A stretch of DNA of 64,000 nucleotides from Octopus sinensis (taxonomy: Eukaryota), in NCBI RefSeq assembly GCF_006345805.1, contig NC_043002.1:95108001-95172000 (forward strand), given 5' to 3'. A program made the position numbers and the translations under genes. Below the pieces are notes generated by a model. It did not search any database. It saw nothing but the letters and a program-made list of their open reading frames with translations, and was not told the origin of the DNA. How positions within the stretch are numbered: position 1 is the stretch's first letter; the number at the start of each line of letters is the position of its first letter. Of this stretch, positions 14,800 through 29,123 are shown piece after piece.

Positions 14800-15392
14800 C
14801 AACAGGCTTCTACCAAATCCACTCACAAGGCTTTGGTCGGCCCGGGGCTATAGTAGAAGACACTTGCCCAAGGTGCTACACAGTGGGACTGAACCCGAAA
14901 CCATGTGGTTGGGAAGCAAGCTACTTACCACACAGCCACTACTACGCTTATAGTTTCTAATGAAACACACTGCCATTGTTTCAATTAATTTTGAAATTAA
15001 TTAAGAATCTATTAAAATTTATCATTACAAAGCAGGTGTGGAGGCTGCAAGCTGCCAGAATCATTAGAACACTGGACGAAATGCTTAGCAGCATTTTGTC
15101 TGTCTTAATGTTCTAAGTCCAAATTCTGCCACGGTCATAATATAAATGGGTTGATAAAATAAGTACTAGTTGAGCACTGAGGGTTGATGTAATCAATTTA
15201 CACCCTTCCCCCAAATCGCTGGCCTTGTGCTGAAATTTGAAACCATTATTAACTGGGTGTTGGGAACATGAAATTTTGGAAGGTTTTAATTTAGATCACT
15301 TTAAAATGAATAGTTTGTATCATAGAACCAGAGCAGTCTCAGGTGGGATGACATCAAAAAGAACAAATGTTTAAATGAAAAACTTTTATAAA

Positions 15393-15784
15393 TCTCTCTG
15401 TATATAAAGCTGAAGTTGCCTGTGTATGGCAGGTTTGGTAGCCTTCAATTAACACTATCTCCTCCAAGACCCTGCGGTGCAAGTTGACCAAAATTGAGAG
15501 TATGATAGAAAGCTTGCTCTTCCTTCCATAGAAGAAAAAAATTCAAATCGGACCGTGTTAAAACCAAAAATTATTTACATCAAAATGGTGCTTTTTTTTT
15601 CTATGAAAATCCCTATTTTTTACGATTTTTTTACTGCTGTGTTGCCATTTTTCGGTGTGTTTCAACCAGAAAAATGTTCACTTAAAGAGAATAACAAGCT
15701 ACATAATGCAACATTTTTACTTTTCAAAACTTCCAATTCTAAAGGGTCGAAACAAACCCGAGCAACGCCGGGCGATACTGCTAG
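15393..15784 (+). mobile_element. Non-autonomous Helitron
   Basis: A|TCTCTCTGTATATAAA ... CCCGAGCAACGCCGGGCGATACTG CTAG|T. Confidence 0.8.
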
Positions 15785-18700
15785 TTTGGATTAAAACTTT
15801 TATCAGTATGTTTGAGCTAGGACACCAACCTTTGGCTTGAATAGCCGAGAGGAATATTCAGGTGAAACATTCTGCATTATAAATACAAATACTGCAGTTG
15901 GGTCTCACATATATATATATATATATAGTTTGATAAGATGAAAACCTTTGATTAACTTAGATTGTTGAAACAGCTAGAAGTCAAAAACTCCCTATAGAGT
16001 TGTTTGAAATTTAGAAACCAGCAAGGAACATATACTTCAATGAGGTTAGTTGATTGAAACTTTTTGAGAATACAGACAATGTAGATCAGGGTGGATCTCA
16101 TCTTTAAGACCAACTGATGAAAGTAGTGGTCATATTTCAGTCTTATTAGATCTCCTTAGTGAAACATTTTATTCAGCTAGTATGACTAAATGTGATCACT
16201 ATATAGATATATATGAAATATCAGCAATATAGTCACTGTTAAATTTTAATTACCCAATGAGAGTGTTTATCTCATGATTACTTGGATAATTTTAGTTGGT
16301 CAGAGCTTTTTAACTCACTACATTACATTTATGAGATGCTACTGTACTAATAAAGTGAAGAAATTTAGTTCGTAGAATACTCATCTAGCTTTTATAATTT
16401 TTCCAAGTCTGACTTGTCACCACATTAATTCCTTACTTTTAATATTTTGATAGGAAGTGTACTATTGTTTTTTGCACCAATAGGTGAAACCTTTGTTTTA
16501 ATTTTAGATACTTTATCATGGAAAATTCCTTTTATCTCCCAAATTCACATAACATTGTAAATTAAATATATTTTATTTAATTGTAAATATTATGTAATAC
16601 ACTCTGTTAACTGGTTAGTGATAGGAAGGGCGCCCAACTAAAAATAGAACATAGATTTGAAATATGATCACCACAGACAAAGTAGGTAGGCAGTAACTCT
16701 GGATAAAACCTGACTCAGATCATGACACCATGATGGAAAAGCTTTTTTTTTTTGTCAGAATTGTGAACTATAAACCTTAAGGCTCACCAAAACCTCGAAG
16801 TTTCAGTATTATGTTGCAAAATTAGTTTGATTCATTTGAAAAAAGAATGGCTTTCTTGGGTGTGATAACAATTTGAATAATTTTTATTGAATTCGTTGTG
16901 GAATGAAAATCATTGGATGTAGTAATCTGGTGAAACTAAATGGAATAAATCAATGCTAACTGCCCAGTTTCCATTGTTACATCTTGTATCTAAGTTTTGG
17001 TATTGCCTAGAATTTATTTTACTTTTCATTGATTTACCAAGATTTAAAGTATAAAGCTTGTGTGTAGCCAAATATACGATGATAGCAAAATATATGTTGA
17101 CAATTTCAGGAATACATTACTTATGATAATTATATTAACTTTCTTATCAAATTCTCATCAACTATTACTGAGTTTGTATAGGTTTCTAATACTGTGAAGA
17201 AAAGTAAGTCATGAATATATTGTCAAGATTTTTTCATTGTTATTAATTTCCCCCTAAATTTTATTTTCCCCTAAATTCTATTGACACAGTAATGAATTGT
17301 TATAAACATTGTCTCAAATGATGGCTTCATTAATATTGTATTCTGACAGAGATTCAGCATCATGCCTACACTTGGCAACTAAACATTTGACCGTTGTCAA
17401 CACTATATAGTAAATTTAACAAATTTTTGTTTTATTTTTCATTTGCTCAAAAATATCTAACATTGTTGAAAAATAGTTTTAATTTTTTTTTTTTTATAAA
17501 TATTTTATCTCATTATTTCCAGTTGTTATAGTTGAAGAAAGAACTTTTCTGTTTATGCGTAGAATACAAGACCAGCTACGTTTGTTTGAGTGAAATCAAA
17601 TTTTCACCTTATTCCCTTTCTATAGAACAAATTTATTCAAGTGAGATAATTTTATGACTGTTCAGCCTGACTTGGTAATCAAACAAGCAGAATTATGTTA
17701 GTATCCTAAAAAAAAAAAAACTCCATGTGTTTTATGTGCTCTAAACCTTGATAGAGCAGCTGACTTTATAACCACTTGTGCAAATATCAATATTTCACTG
17801 TTCCTCTGCATAAAACTGTTGTATAATTTATGTCTGCCGAATGGTAAATGAAAACATCTAATACATCCAGTGAAGTAAAGTGGATCTTTCTGCGGCTTTA
17901 GAAAGTATGCTCAATAGTGTGATATAAAGACCACATCAATTTTTGTTATGACCAATATAGCTGAATTTGTACATTATTGGTTTGGTGTTTGTGTATGTAT
18001 GCATGTATGTATGTATGTATATGTACACACATACACACACACATGCTTACATAAAACTAACGTGAAAAAGTGATATGAATTTTTATTAAGTCTAAGTAGT
18101 TAGATGTATAGTATAGAAATGTTAATTTGAACTTTTTATTATGAAGTGTATGTTGGATGTATATAACATATAAATGTTAATTTGGGCAGTTTAAGTTCTT
18201 AGCTTTGAAGATCATAATATTAATCTCCTGGCAGTTTATTTTGTTTTTTAATATTTTACTATTTCTCTATTTCCACTATTAAATAATAATAATAATAATA
18301 ATAATATCCTAACCACATCACTGTATGATGATAACTTTTGAATTTATGGAACTTGCCATATGAAACAGTAGACTTAATGAATTGCCTTGTTTAGCCCCAG
18401 CACATAGCTCTTTTAGCTACTTTGTTGTTCAAGTTTAGGTGAGGTCTCTGTTGGTCTGAGGATAGCTTCCTCAATTCTTCCCACCACTCTTGAAAACCCT
18501 TAAATGATGTATAAGCACTGTACTTCCTCCTCTGATTAAACAATTTAAAAATGAAAAATTCACTATTAAAACAGCTTAGTTTTTGAATTTAAAACTTTCA
18601 TCCTCTTTACATAGCACCCAAAATAGTTTATAGTTCCATTACATTTCATGCTATAAATGTCTTTAGATGTTCAAGCCAAGTTATCAACATTGTCAAATTT

Positions 18701-20320
18701 TGTTACAGTTCACGCCGTATAATCAATTGAAGTGATATTAACTTTAGCTGGAAAGACAGACTAAAGAAGTGTAAACACTGTTTCAGAAAATAGTAACTAC
18801 AAAAAGTGATAATTGAAGTCTCCCAGAAGAAATCAAGATTATTTCTAAATACCTAATTCAATATTCAACCTTCTCAAAGATGAAAACCTCTTCTGAAAAA
18901 TATATTAATAACATCCACCATAAAATGATAATGTTTTTTTTTTCACATATGCAGAAGGCCACGAATTTTAGGAACAGAAACAGTTAATGAGATCAATTCC
19001 TATATTTGACTTCTTATTTCATTGACCCCATCAAAGGATGTATGACAAAGTCTGAGTGGGAGTTGAACTCCCAACATAGAGGGATACACAGGCACAAGGC
19101 CACAAATTTTGAGAATAGGAACAGTTGATTATATCTACTCAAATATAAATTCCGCTGAGGTCAACTTTGCCTTTCATCCTTTCGGGGTCAATAAATTAAG
19201 TACCAGTTATGTACCGGGGTCGATGTAATTGACTTAATACCTATGTCTGTCTTAGTTTGTCCCCTCTATGTTTAGCTCCTTGTGGGTAATAAAGAAATAT
19301 ATATCTACTCACATATTTGACTGCTCCTTTGTTGTTCCTCCTTCTGAGAGCCCATGAAATAAACTCCACCCCAACAAGATTTGAACTCAAAATGTAAAGA
19401 AATGCAACTAATGTCACAAACCTTAAGCTTTACTGATTCTGCCAACACACTATCAACAGAAAATAATATTGGTATCGGTAAAGTAGCATTCTTTCTTTGA
19501 ACAAGTTAACTACAAACAAACCTATCTTAATATGTCCCTATTAGCTGCTAGCAAAGTGTTTGGCCTCTTTTAGCAAAGCTCTGGGGATTTATAACCATAT
19601 TTAGTGTTAGTTGGCTTCTATGTTGTGTCACATACCAATGGAGCCACTTCAGAGTTCTTGTTTGTTCACAAAACTATGCTATCCACCTACAAAGGAAGAC
19701 TGGATGGAAGAAGCTAGCAACAATTCACAGGCTGCAAAGAGTTGTTCTTATCTGCTACTAAGGGTTAGATTGTCTGGCACCAAGAAGTAGATAATGGTAT
19801 TTAGTCTGATGTGAAAACATCATCATCATTCAATGTTTAACATTGGTATCAAGTCAATATACTCAGCTCTGTGCATTTCAAATTGTTATAATCTGATCTG
19901 ACGAATAGCCTAAAGTGTTCATTATATCTTTTCTTGTGCCCATACTAGTGTGGTGCCAAGAGCGCTATGCGAGCATGATCGTTGCCAGAGCAGCCAACTG
20001 GCTTCTGTGCCAGTGGCACGTAAAAGGGTGCCATTCGAGCATGATCGTTGCCTTACTGGCACCTGTGCCAGTGGCATGTGTAAAAAGATTCGAGCGAGGT
20101 CATTGCCAGTACCGCCTGACTGGCACGTAAAAAACACCCACTACACTCTCGGAGTGGTTGGCATTAGGAAGGGCATCCAGCTGTAGAAACTATGCCAGAT
20201 CAAGATTGGGGCCTGGTGCAGCCAGCTGGTTCGCCAGCCCTCAGTCAAAATCGGTCATCCCATGCTAGCATGGAAAGCGGACGTTAAACGATGATGATGA
20301 TGACATATATATATATATAT

Positions 20321-20455
20321 ACCGGAGTTAACACATAAATGTGAAACAAGGTGGAAAAAAGAGTACTCAAATACCAGGGCTAGAGTAATATGCTTTATTT
20401 AAAAGCAGCAGAAATTCAACAGGTTTTGTTGAATTTCTGCTGCTTTTAAATAAAG
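20321..20455. mobile_element. Second copy of the palindromic (TA)n-embedded element, centre more collapsed
   Basis: CCGGAGTTAACACATAAATGTGAAACAAGG...GCAGCAGAAATTCAACA ggttt TGTTGAATTTCTGCTGC. Confidence 0.8.
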
Positions 20456-20458
20456 TAT

Positions 20459-20491
<33 letters not shown>

Positions 20492-22299
20492 ATGTAGATA
20501 GGGTTAAAACCCAAGCTGTGTTCTCTTGAAGCATATCTGTTTATTCCAGCAATCTAAAGCTGTATGTAGATGTTATAATCAGGAGAGGTATGCATGAGTT
20601 GAAAATTCTGGAAAATATTTTTTGCTGAGTAAATTACATATTAAACTAAAATTTTTTTCCAATTTCTTGTTTTGATATATACATAAACAGTTCATTTTTT
20701 ATTCTTTACCATTAAGAACCATGGCTATGGGCTTGTTACTGCTCTGGTTATATGTCCATTAAGACATTATTTGCGTTAGAAAAGTAGAAAAGGTCTTTAT
20801 AGTTCAGTTTTCAATGTCTACTTTCCAATTATGTCAAATACATGATTCATATCCAAAGAAGATACTTTATTGCATTGTAAGAGTTTATAATAGGAAGAAT
20901 GATATGAGGTCATGCTTAAGTGGTAGTAGAGGTGATAGAGTGTTTAAGGTTGGCAGAAAAGTCCCTTTTTCTGAAAACAAGCACCTCCATAGTATTTCAT
21001 CAAATTTTTTATTCACTCTTTTTGACGACCTTTTATTCTTCCCCAGACTGTTTTTCATTTCTTGCATTGATTTCTGAATGTTATCTTTTAAAATCTTCAA
21101 CCTACTCTCTTCAAAAACTACTTTACTCCTGGATAATGTTGTATTATTGACTTTCTTTCTTTTCTGTGATCTCTGTCTACAATGAATATTAGTTAGCACA
21201 TTCCTGCTCACCTACTTACACCCAAAGTCATTCCAAAATAGTTTATCATACTAACTGTCAGCCAAGTCTGAAGTATTAATTTTGTTTTCTTCAGTGTTTT
21301 CTACTGTATTTGAAATAGATGTTTATTTACAAATAAACTCTGACAAAAAAAAAAATCACTTGGGACTCTCTCTCTCTCTCTCTCCCACACATGCATATAT
21401 TCACACGTGCACTTGCACGTCACATATGTACTTACAGGTAGAAGGGACTAGGTGAGTTGTTTGAATGTCGTCTTTTTCCTACCTCTATTTTCTGCACTAT
21501 CCTATATTTTCATTGATCAACCTCTGCTCTTGCAACTATCAATAATCATTTTTGACCTAGAGGGAATGACAGAATTCCATTGCTGAATTTCCTAATTGGC
21601 AAATAGATAGCACCACAATGTAAAATGAATGGCAGGATAGAAAAGCAATCCTATCATGCAAGACATCTTACAAGCAACATTACAGACAATAGATCTGGAT
21701 GTAGTAGAAGAGCTTTTAGGGAATATATAAAAATGGATTGAAAGAAATGTGGAGAATATTTAGTAAATATGGAACTTTGACCTGGGTACAGAAATCAGAG
21801 GATATTGTGGTGTAATGATGTAGCATGATAATATGTGGTGCTACACTTATATTCCCAAGGGTAGATAGAAGAAATCAACCAATAGTTTAATATTTTGAAA
21901 ACCTATTTCCTATAACAGCTAAAATTTAATTTTACTCTCATACCAATAAAATCTCATTTTCTAATGACAATTAGCAATATTATTAAACTAGGAAAGTAAA
22001 ATAGTTATATACTAAATGTCCAAATATCTGAAATTGGTTGTTGCTAATAATATGATAATATTTACTACTACATAATTTTTCAAGCGATTTGATCTTCAGT
22101 CTTCATCAGGTATTGTATTTTTGGATACTTTCATAGACTATTGCATAATACTGCTACTTCTCTTAGTTTTTAGAAATAAAAGCTTATAGTAGAAATATAG
22201 TCTGGTACTATGCGTATGAATCTATATATATGAATCGGATATCTGACAATGACTGAGGGTCAACACAACATGTAGTTGTCGTTGTCATCGCCACCACCA

Positions 22300-22720
22300 C
22301 TGCCATCATTTAACTTTTATTTTTCCATGCTTGCATGGATCAGACGAAATTTGTTGAGGCAGAATCTCTACAATCAGATGCTCTTCCTGTCACCAACCCT
22401 CACCTATTCTCAAGCAAGCTAATAATTCCCCATAGCTAGACATGCTTTCCATGGAAGAGTGGAAATGAACAACCTTACCTGTATAATGTTGATGCTCATT
22501 CACAACCATTGCATGATGTCTACACAAGGGTCACACACACACACACACACACACACAATTGACTTCTTTCAGTTTCCATCCACCAGATCCACTGAAAATG
22601 CTTTGGTTAGTCAAATGCTATAGTAGAAGACACTTTCCCGAGGTGTCACACAGTTGGACTTAACCCAAGACCATATGGTTAGGAAGTAAACTTCTTAACC
22701 ATACAGCTATGCCTGCATCT
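22300..22720 (-). mobile_element. SINE with family A head and RTE-type (GAT)n tail; second copy 41683-42110
   Basis: On - strand, family A head then GGTTGGTGACAGGAAGAGCATC...CCATGCAAGCATGGAAAA..GTTAAATGATG. Confidence 0.7.
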
Positions 22721-23199
22721 ATAGCTCTACCTGCATAATATATATATATCATCATCATCATCATTTAGCGGCTGTTTTCTATGCTGGCATGAGTTAGACA
22801 GTTTGACTTGAGCTGACCAGCTGAAGGGCTGTTCAGGCTCCATGTCTGCATTGGCATGGTTTCTATGGCAAGATGCCCTTCCTAATTCTAACCATCTTAC
22901 ACAGTGTACTCAGTACTTTTACACAGCACCAGCATGGCTGCTTTATACATAGCACCAGCACATATAAACCCAAACCCACAATATTAGGGATGCTCAGCTG
23001 GAGAGGCTTGCTGGGGATGAGTCTATATGCAAGGGCATACAGACTCCTCTCTTTGTATGAGCCACAGTTTTATTTAATTATCTCTGAGGTTGACCATGCA
23101 GAGTATGATAAAATGAATCTAGATGGTATAGACTGTTAGCTGCTTCTGTCATTTATTAAAAGTATAGGGGGGTAAATTTCCTTCTTAAAATTCTTGAAG

Positions 23200-23670
23200 A
23201 ATTTGGGCAATTTGTTCACTAGTTGAAATCATTGCTCTCTTGCTTTAATTTTGAGTAGGACAGCAGATTATATGGAGTTTCTCTGTGAAACAGAAGTTGC
23301 TATAGTTTGGATTATTGTCTAACACTACCTATTCAATTATACCTGTTATTTCTAAATATATTTTGAACATCTTTTAGTGTTGTCCTGGTGATAATGATAA
23401 AACTAGCTATTGCAATGGTGCAGATGACTCTTGAAGGAGTGTATTGATTGTAAGCTTTATGTAACTTCTTCAGATGTTGCTAATGGAGACACCTACACCC
23501 TTTCCTCAAGGCATTTGCCTTTTAGTGGGTGCAAAATTGTATATTATGGAAATCGCATACACACTTTCCCCACTCCACTCTCGCTTTGTTCATTAGTTTC
23601 CAGTTGTTCTGTATTATAATTCCTGAGAGCAATAAATATGTTTGTCATGCAGCTTGTTTCATCTTATTGT
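23200..23670 (-). pseudogene. Decayed Penelope-like element linker/GIY-YIG endonuclease region
   Basis: One frame with stops reads SCMTNIFIALRNYN...HPLKGKCLEERV*...FKSHLHHCNS*F...RCSKYI*K, then NFCFTEKL; resembles PLE motifs SCMPN, CPLxGKCL, FKxRxxNH, LSKYIW, CNLCLxEKL. Confidence 0.65.
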
Positions 23671-25552
23671 TTATACGTGTAGAAGCAGCATTGTCTCTGA
23701 TGTGTGTCAAACTTGAGTTTTTCTGAGAGTTCACAGCTCCTGGGTACTGAAGTATTTCCTAGCCCTAAAGGTGTAGTCTTTGCTTTGCTGATATTGTGAA
23801 AATGTTAGGAAAGATCATTTGAGATATCAGTCAGAGTAAGTATATCAGTTTATGAAGAGCCTTATTGCTTGCTTGAAACATTGTGATAAAGAAGTAATAT
23901 AGTGAAGGCTGAGAGTGTCTTACCCTGTAAAAATGCAAAAGTCTATTAGTAAGCCATTTACAGTACCAGCCTTATGGCTGGTACTGTATAGAATTGCATT
24001 TCTTGACCATTTAATTCTGATGATGGACCTTGGTGCCTGAGATATATAAGGGTTATTAAACTTTTTTCTTTTTGCATTGTAAGAAGCTATCCATCTTCAA
24101 TATGTTGTTATTTTGCTTCTGTATTGATGTATATTTTTCTACATTTAGTTAACAGGAAAAAATCTTCTTAATTGTACAAGAGTTTTGATTTTTTTTCGCC
24201 TCCTTGTTAACTAGCTTTATAACTGTGAATTTCCTGATTATTTTATTTCATTTCCAATTATTGCCATTTTCTGTTTATTCCTTTACTGTTACCAATCAGT
24301 AGATTGTAGCTACACTGTGGCACTATCTTCAGAGTTATATTTCATTATTTCTTATTCAAGTACTTGACTGTTGCTTCACCTTTCATCTTTCTGAAGCTAA
24401 GTTGACTTCAGTAGTATTTTTATTCTGAAACTAAATGGTTACAACTACAATTTTTTTATATGTAAGATATTTTGCCCAACATTCTATTAGTTTTTAAAAA
24501 TCATAAGTGGTTTTTAAGCATTTTTAAAAGTACCTATATCACATCTGTTGAATAAAAAAAGAACATTTCCTATCCTATAATAATTACATTTGTTACTTTC
24601 TTTCATTGTATTTCATACTTTCACTTTTGTCAACTTTCCAAGAAGTGTCCATTACAATACACTTGTTTTAGAGTTCCAATTTATTTCTTAATATTTAGCA
24701 GTTATCAAAGTACTTATCAATTCCTAATTAGTTCTGTAATCTATCATTAAGAGGCTCTGATTTTTATTTTATGCTTTAACACTCATTAAATCAGACAAGA
24801 TTTATTCAATAGCTTTCTCAGACATACAATGCAATTCTTTTCTTCAACCCCACGAAAAAGATAAACCATTATCTGTTTTGTTTATATCCACAACTTATCT
24901 TCCCTCTATAATTCAGTCAACAACTTTGTTTCAACAGTAGTATTAAGCGATAATTAAACCTCAGCTCATAATCTTTGCTTAATTAATTCTAAGTAAAACA
25001 ATTCATATGTTCTGGTAAAATAATTATGCACATTAGTGAAAGCACATAACTTAGTGGTTAGGGTATACATCTCTCAACTGTAAGGTTTTGTGTTCAATTC
25101 CTGGTGGTGCATTGTATCCTTGAGCAAGACACTTTATTTCATGTTGCTCCAGTCCACTCAGCTGGCAAAAATGAGTAGTATTTGTATTTTAAAAGGGCCA
25201 GCCTTGCCTGTGTCATGTTGAATCTCCCTGAAAACTACATTAAGGGTTTGTGTATCTGTAGAGTGCTCAACTACTTGCACCTTCATTTCATGGGCAGATT
25301 GTTCCATTGATTGGATCAACTGGAACCCTTATCATCATAACTAATGAAGTACCAGTAATGTGAGGTTGTCAGATTGGTTGTGTGGTTAAGAGATGCGTCT
25401 CGCAACTCTGCGGTTCCACGTCACTTTTGACAAGTGTTTTCTATTATTACCGCAAATTAACAAAATTCCTTGTAAGTGAAATGTGTATGTGTACATATAT
25501 TTGTGTGTGTGTGTGTGCGTGTGTGTGTGTGCGCATGTGTGTGTTTCTGTAC

Positions 25553-25660
25553 AGTTGTGTGTGTGTACAGATGTGTGTTTGTGTACAGATGTGTGTTTGT
25601 GTACAGATGTGTGTTTGTGTACAGATGTGTGTGTGTACAGATGTGTGTGTGTACAGATAT
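25553..25660. repeat. 18-20-bp minisatellite (GTGTACAGATGTGTGTTTGT)
   Basis: About 5 copies within a (GT)n tract. Confidence 0.85.
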
Positions 25661-26415
25661 GCATCTATACAGATATGTGTGTGTTTGTGATCAGCATAGC
25701 ATGAAAAATGGCACATTCTGATTGCATATATTGGTCTCTCACTCCCACACTAATTTTAATCTAAGTATATACATACAGAAACCAATAAAAGAACAAAAGA
25801 CATTGCTACATATCTTCCAAGATAGATTTTAGCACCCATTAATTTCAATATTTATAGTCGACCACTCATCATTAGGCATATTTGTTACTTGTATTTCAAT
25901 TTGTGATATCAGGTCGATAGTTTATCCCATGACACTCTTTGTATTGAAATCTCAAAATACTGAATTAAAAGTTAATATATCTACAAAAGAGCTGTTTTAA
26001 TTAATTAACCATTACCTATCATTGTTTTTGATTTGTAATTATATTTTTGATATTAAAAAAAAAAATGCAAAATACAAGCAATAAAGAAAATCAATTGCTT
26101 TGTTCCTTAGAGTAAAAAAATAAAAATTATTATTAATAGTAATAGAAAAGAACATTGTAACTAAACTATTGTGTAAAATTGTAGAACCATCAGTATTGGA
26201 AAATAATCATAATGATTCGAAATACTGTATGAACTTAGATTTTATTTTAATATTTATTCTTTTATAGTTATGTGATATTGATTTGTTACATTTTCTTTTA
26301 GTAAAATGCTTGTACAGGGATTGATGACTGAAATAACGAAAATGAATGATTTTGAAAATGTGCTGAGATGGGTTTCTAAAAGGAATACTTATATTTTAAT
26401 TTCTTATATTTTCAG

Positions 26416-26457
26416 GCACAAACCAAACAAAATACCTTGTGTGATTTCAGAATTCGA
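26416..26457 (+). other. Candidate 42-nt exon
   Basis: TTCTTATATTTTCAG acceptor and CGA|GTAAGT donor. Confidence 0.4.
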
Positions 26458-27622
26458 GTAAGTTGAACATATTTCTTAGATTTAAGATTTAATGACCCAA
26501 TATATATAAATTTTATACATTTTCTTACTCAGAAAGTTTCCATTGCTGATCTTTTGAATTAAAGATTAACTGCTTTGTTTATTTAGTCCTACGTTAAGTC
26601 ATATAATATCCATTTTGCCCATTGGCTTGTAATACCCTCTCTCTCTCTCTCTCTCTCTCTCAGACTCACACACACCTCTCCTCTTCCTCTTCTTTCCAAT
26701 CTCTCGCCATTCTCTACCTCTGTCTACTTATTTTATTGAACAGAGAATATTAAAATAGTTTAATAACCTGGCTATGTTATGGGAGTGGAGGTGGGTATTG
26801 TAATCCATTTATTGTAAAAAAAAAAAAAATAAATAAAAGGCTATGTTACAAAGGTTCATTGTTAGAAATCATGAGTTGAATTCTATTGCAAGGATATATA
26901 TTCCTGTAGAGATATGGCACTGGAGAACAATCAGAGAACACACTAATGAAAATATCAAGACAGAAATATAAAGGAAAAAAAACCTGATCGATAAATGATA
27001 TTCAAGTCAGATTATATATGTTATTAAGTAAGGAGATTTGTGGAAAATCCATAAAAGACGTAAAACCCACAGAACAAGATATATTAGGAGATAGAATATT
27101 TAGTTGAAGCTTTTAGATTTGAATTATATAAATCTTGCTTAAGATAATGTTTTACTAGCAAAATACTTTCAAATTTTAACAGATAATCTTTGCTAATTTT
27201 TGAATTACCTGGTGAACAATGATAAATCACAGGCAGAAATGTGTAAAGATAGAATAAATGTAAATAATGATAGCAAGCACAGTGCAAGATTTCTTCATAA
27301 GTTTCAGTATTCTAAATAGATATATGCATAGCATTTGTTTGCTATTTCATTTTATTATGTTTTAAAAATACAAAAGTGAGATTAAAAAGGAAAAAAATGG
27401 TTCTTAATATTTCTATTATCTTTTTGACAGTTATGATAAAGCTACAGCTAACTTTGAAAAATACCCAATTAAAATCCCTTTGTTTTCAACTTGAATTTTT
27501 GGGAAAGTCCTGGGATGAATGCCACAAATTCCCACTCATTTCTTTAATCTACCTCTTTATACCTATTTTTAAAATTATCATTTGTATTTTTCCTAACCTA
27601 TGACATTTGCACATTGAAAAAA

Positions 27623-28170
27623 TATTGGGTTGTCTGGAAAGTTTGTGCCAATTTTTAAAGGAAAGAAAAAGGTCAATAAATACTTGCCATTACATTTTTA
27701 ATCAACCAAATATGAACCATTTTGTTGCACAATGTGTCTCCATCTTTCCTTTAACTTGAAAATACCTTCTTCCCAGAATTGAGGTGGTTTCATGGCAAAG
27801 AATTCATCAAGGTATCTTTTTACATCATCCAAGGAATTGAAATTTTTACCATTAAGACTATTCTGCAGAGACCTGAATAAGCGGAAATCTGAAGGAGCAA
27901 TAGCTGGTGAATATGGAGGGTGGGGTAACATTGCAGCCGAACTGCAGTAATTTTTGTCTGATTCCCAAAGCATCAAGTGCCAAAAATGAACTTTCTTATC
28001 TTCCATTTTAAAGGGTTACAGAATTAACACAGGTTATAGGAACATAAACCTTCTTCCATGAAAAGATAGCATAAACTGTGCTCTAAATGGAGGTGTAGTC
28101 AAATCCTATTTTATGGACTCAACCATTTTCTAAAATAAGTCAAAAGGTAAGCTTCCCGGACAATCCAATA
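27623..28170 (-). mobile_element. Internally deleted mariner transposon
   Basis: TA-TTGGGTTGTCTGGAAAG ... CTTCCCGGACAATCCAA-TA TIRs with TA TSD; ORF 27698-28006 joins an N-terminal stub to PHPPYSPAIAPSDFRLFRSLQ...GIFKLKERWRHIVQQNGSY (YSPDLAPxD motif). Confidence 0.92.
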
Positions 28171-28300
28171 GAATTGGAACCATTTAATTTTATTCTACAC
28201 CCCCGTTTTAAAAGGCATTTTCACATAATTTTTCTAGCAGCTTTCATTGTTTTCTTTAAATTTATCACATATATTTTTCATGTACACACACACACGTGTA

Positions 28301-28336
<36 letters not shown>

Positions 28337-28342
<6 letters not shown>

Positions 28343-29123
28343 AATATTTTACATGCTGGTAGCATGTAAAAAAAACACCCTTTCAGCATTGGGTTTCACA
28401 GAGGCAGTGACAAGTGACTGAGAACTTTAGCGATTATACCATGCTGAGAAGACCTGTCAGACCAAGTGAGATTATAGTTCTGGCCCATGCTGGTGTTATG
28501 TAACTGGCACATGTAAAAGCACCCACTACACTCTTGGAGTGGTTGGCATTAGGAAGAGCATCCAGCCATAGAAACCATGTCAAATCAGACTGGAACCTGG
28601 TGTAGCTCCCCAGCTTACCAATTTTCAGCCAAATCGTCCAACCCATACCAGCATGGAAAACGGACATTATATGACGATGATGATGATATATAAATATACA
28701 TATAAATATACATATAATATACATATATATATATATATATAATATATATATATACACATAAATATTTTACATGCTGGTAGCATGTAAAAAAAACACCCTT
28801 TCAGCATTGGGTTTCACAGAGGCAGTGACAAGTGACTGAGAACTTTAGCGATTATACCATGCTGAGAAGACCTGTCAGACCAAGTGAGATTATAGTTCTG
28901 GCCCATGCTGGTGTTATGTAACTGGCACATGTAAAAGCACCCACTACACTCTTGGAGTGGTTGGCATTAGGAAGAGCATCCAGCCATAGAAACCATGTCA
29001 AATCAGACTGGAACCTGGTGTAGCTCCCCAGCTTACCAATTTTCAGCCAAATCGTCCAACCCATACCAGCATGGAAAACGGACATTATATGACGATGATG
29101 ATGATATATAAATATACATATAA

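Noticed and set aside
20885-21211. 108-aa Lys-rich - strand ORF
   Set aside because: No recognisable motif or consistent splice sites
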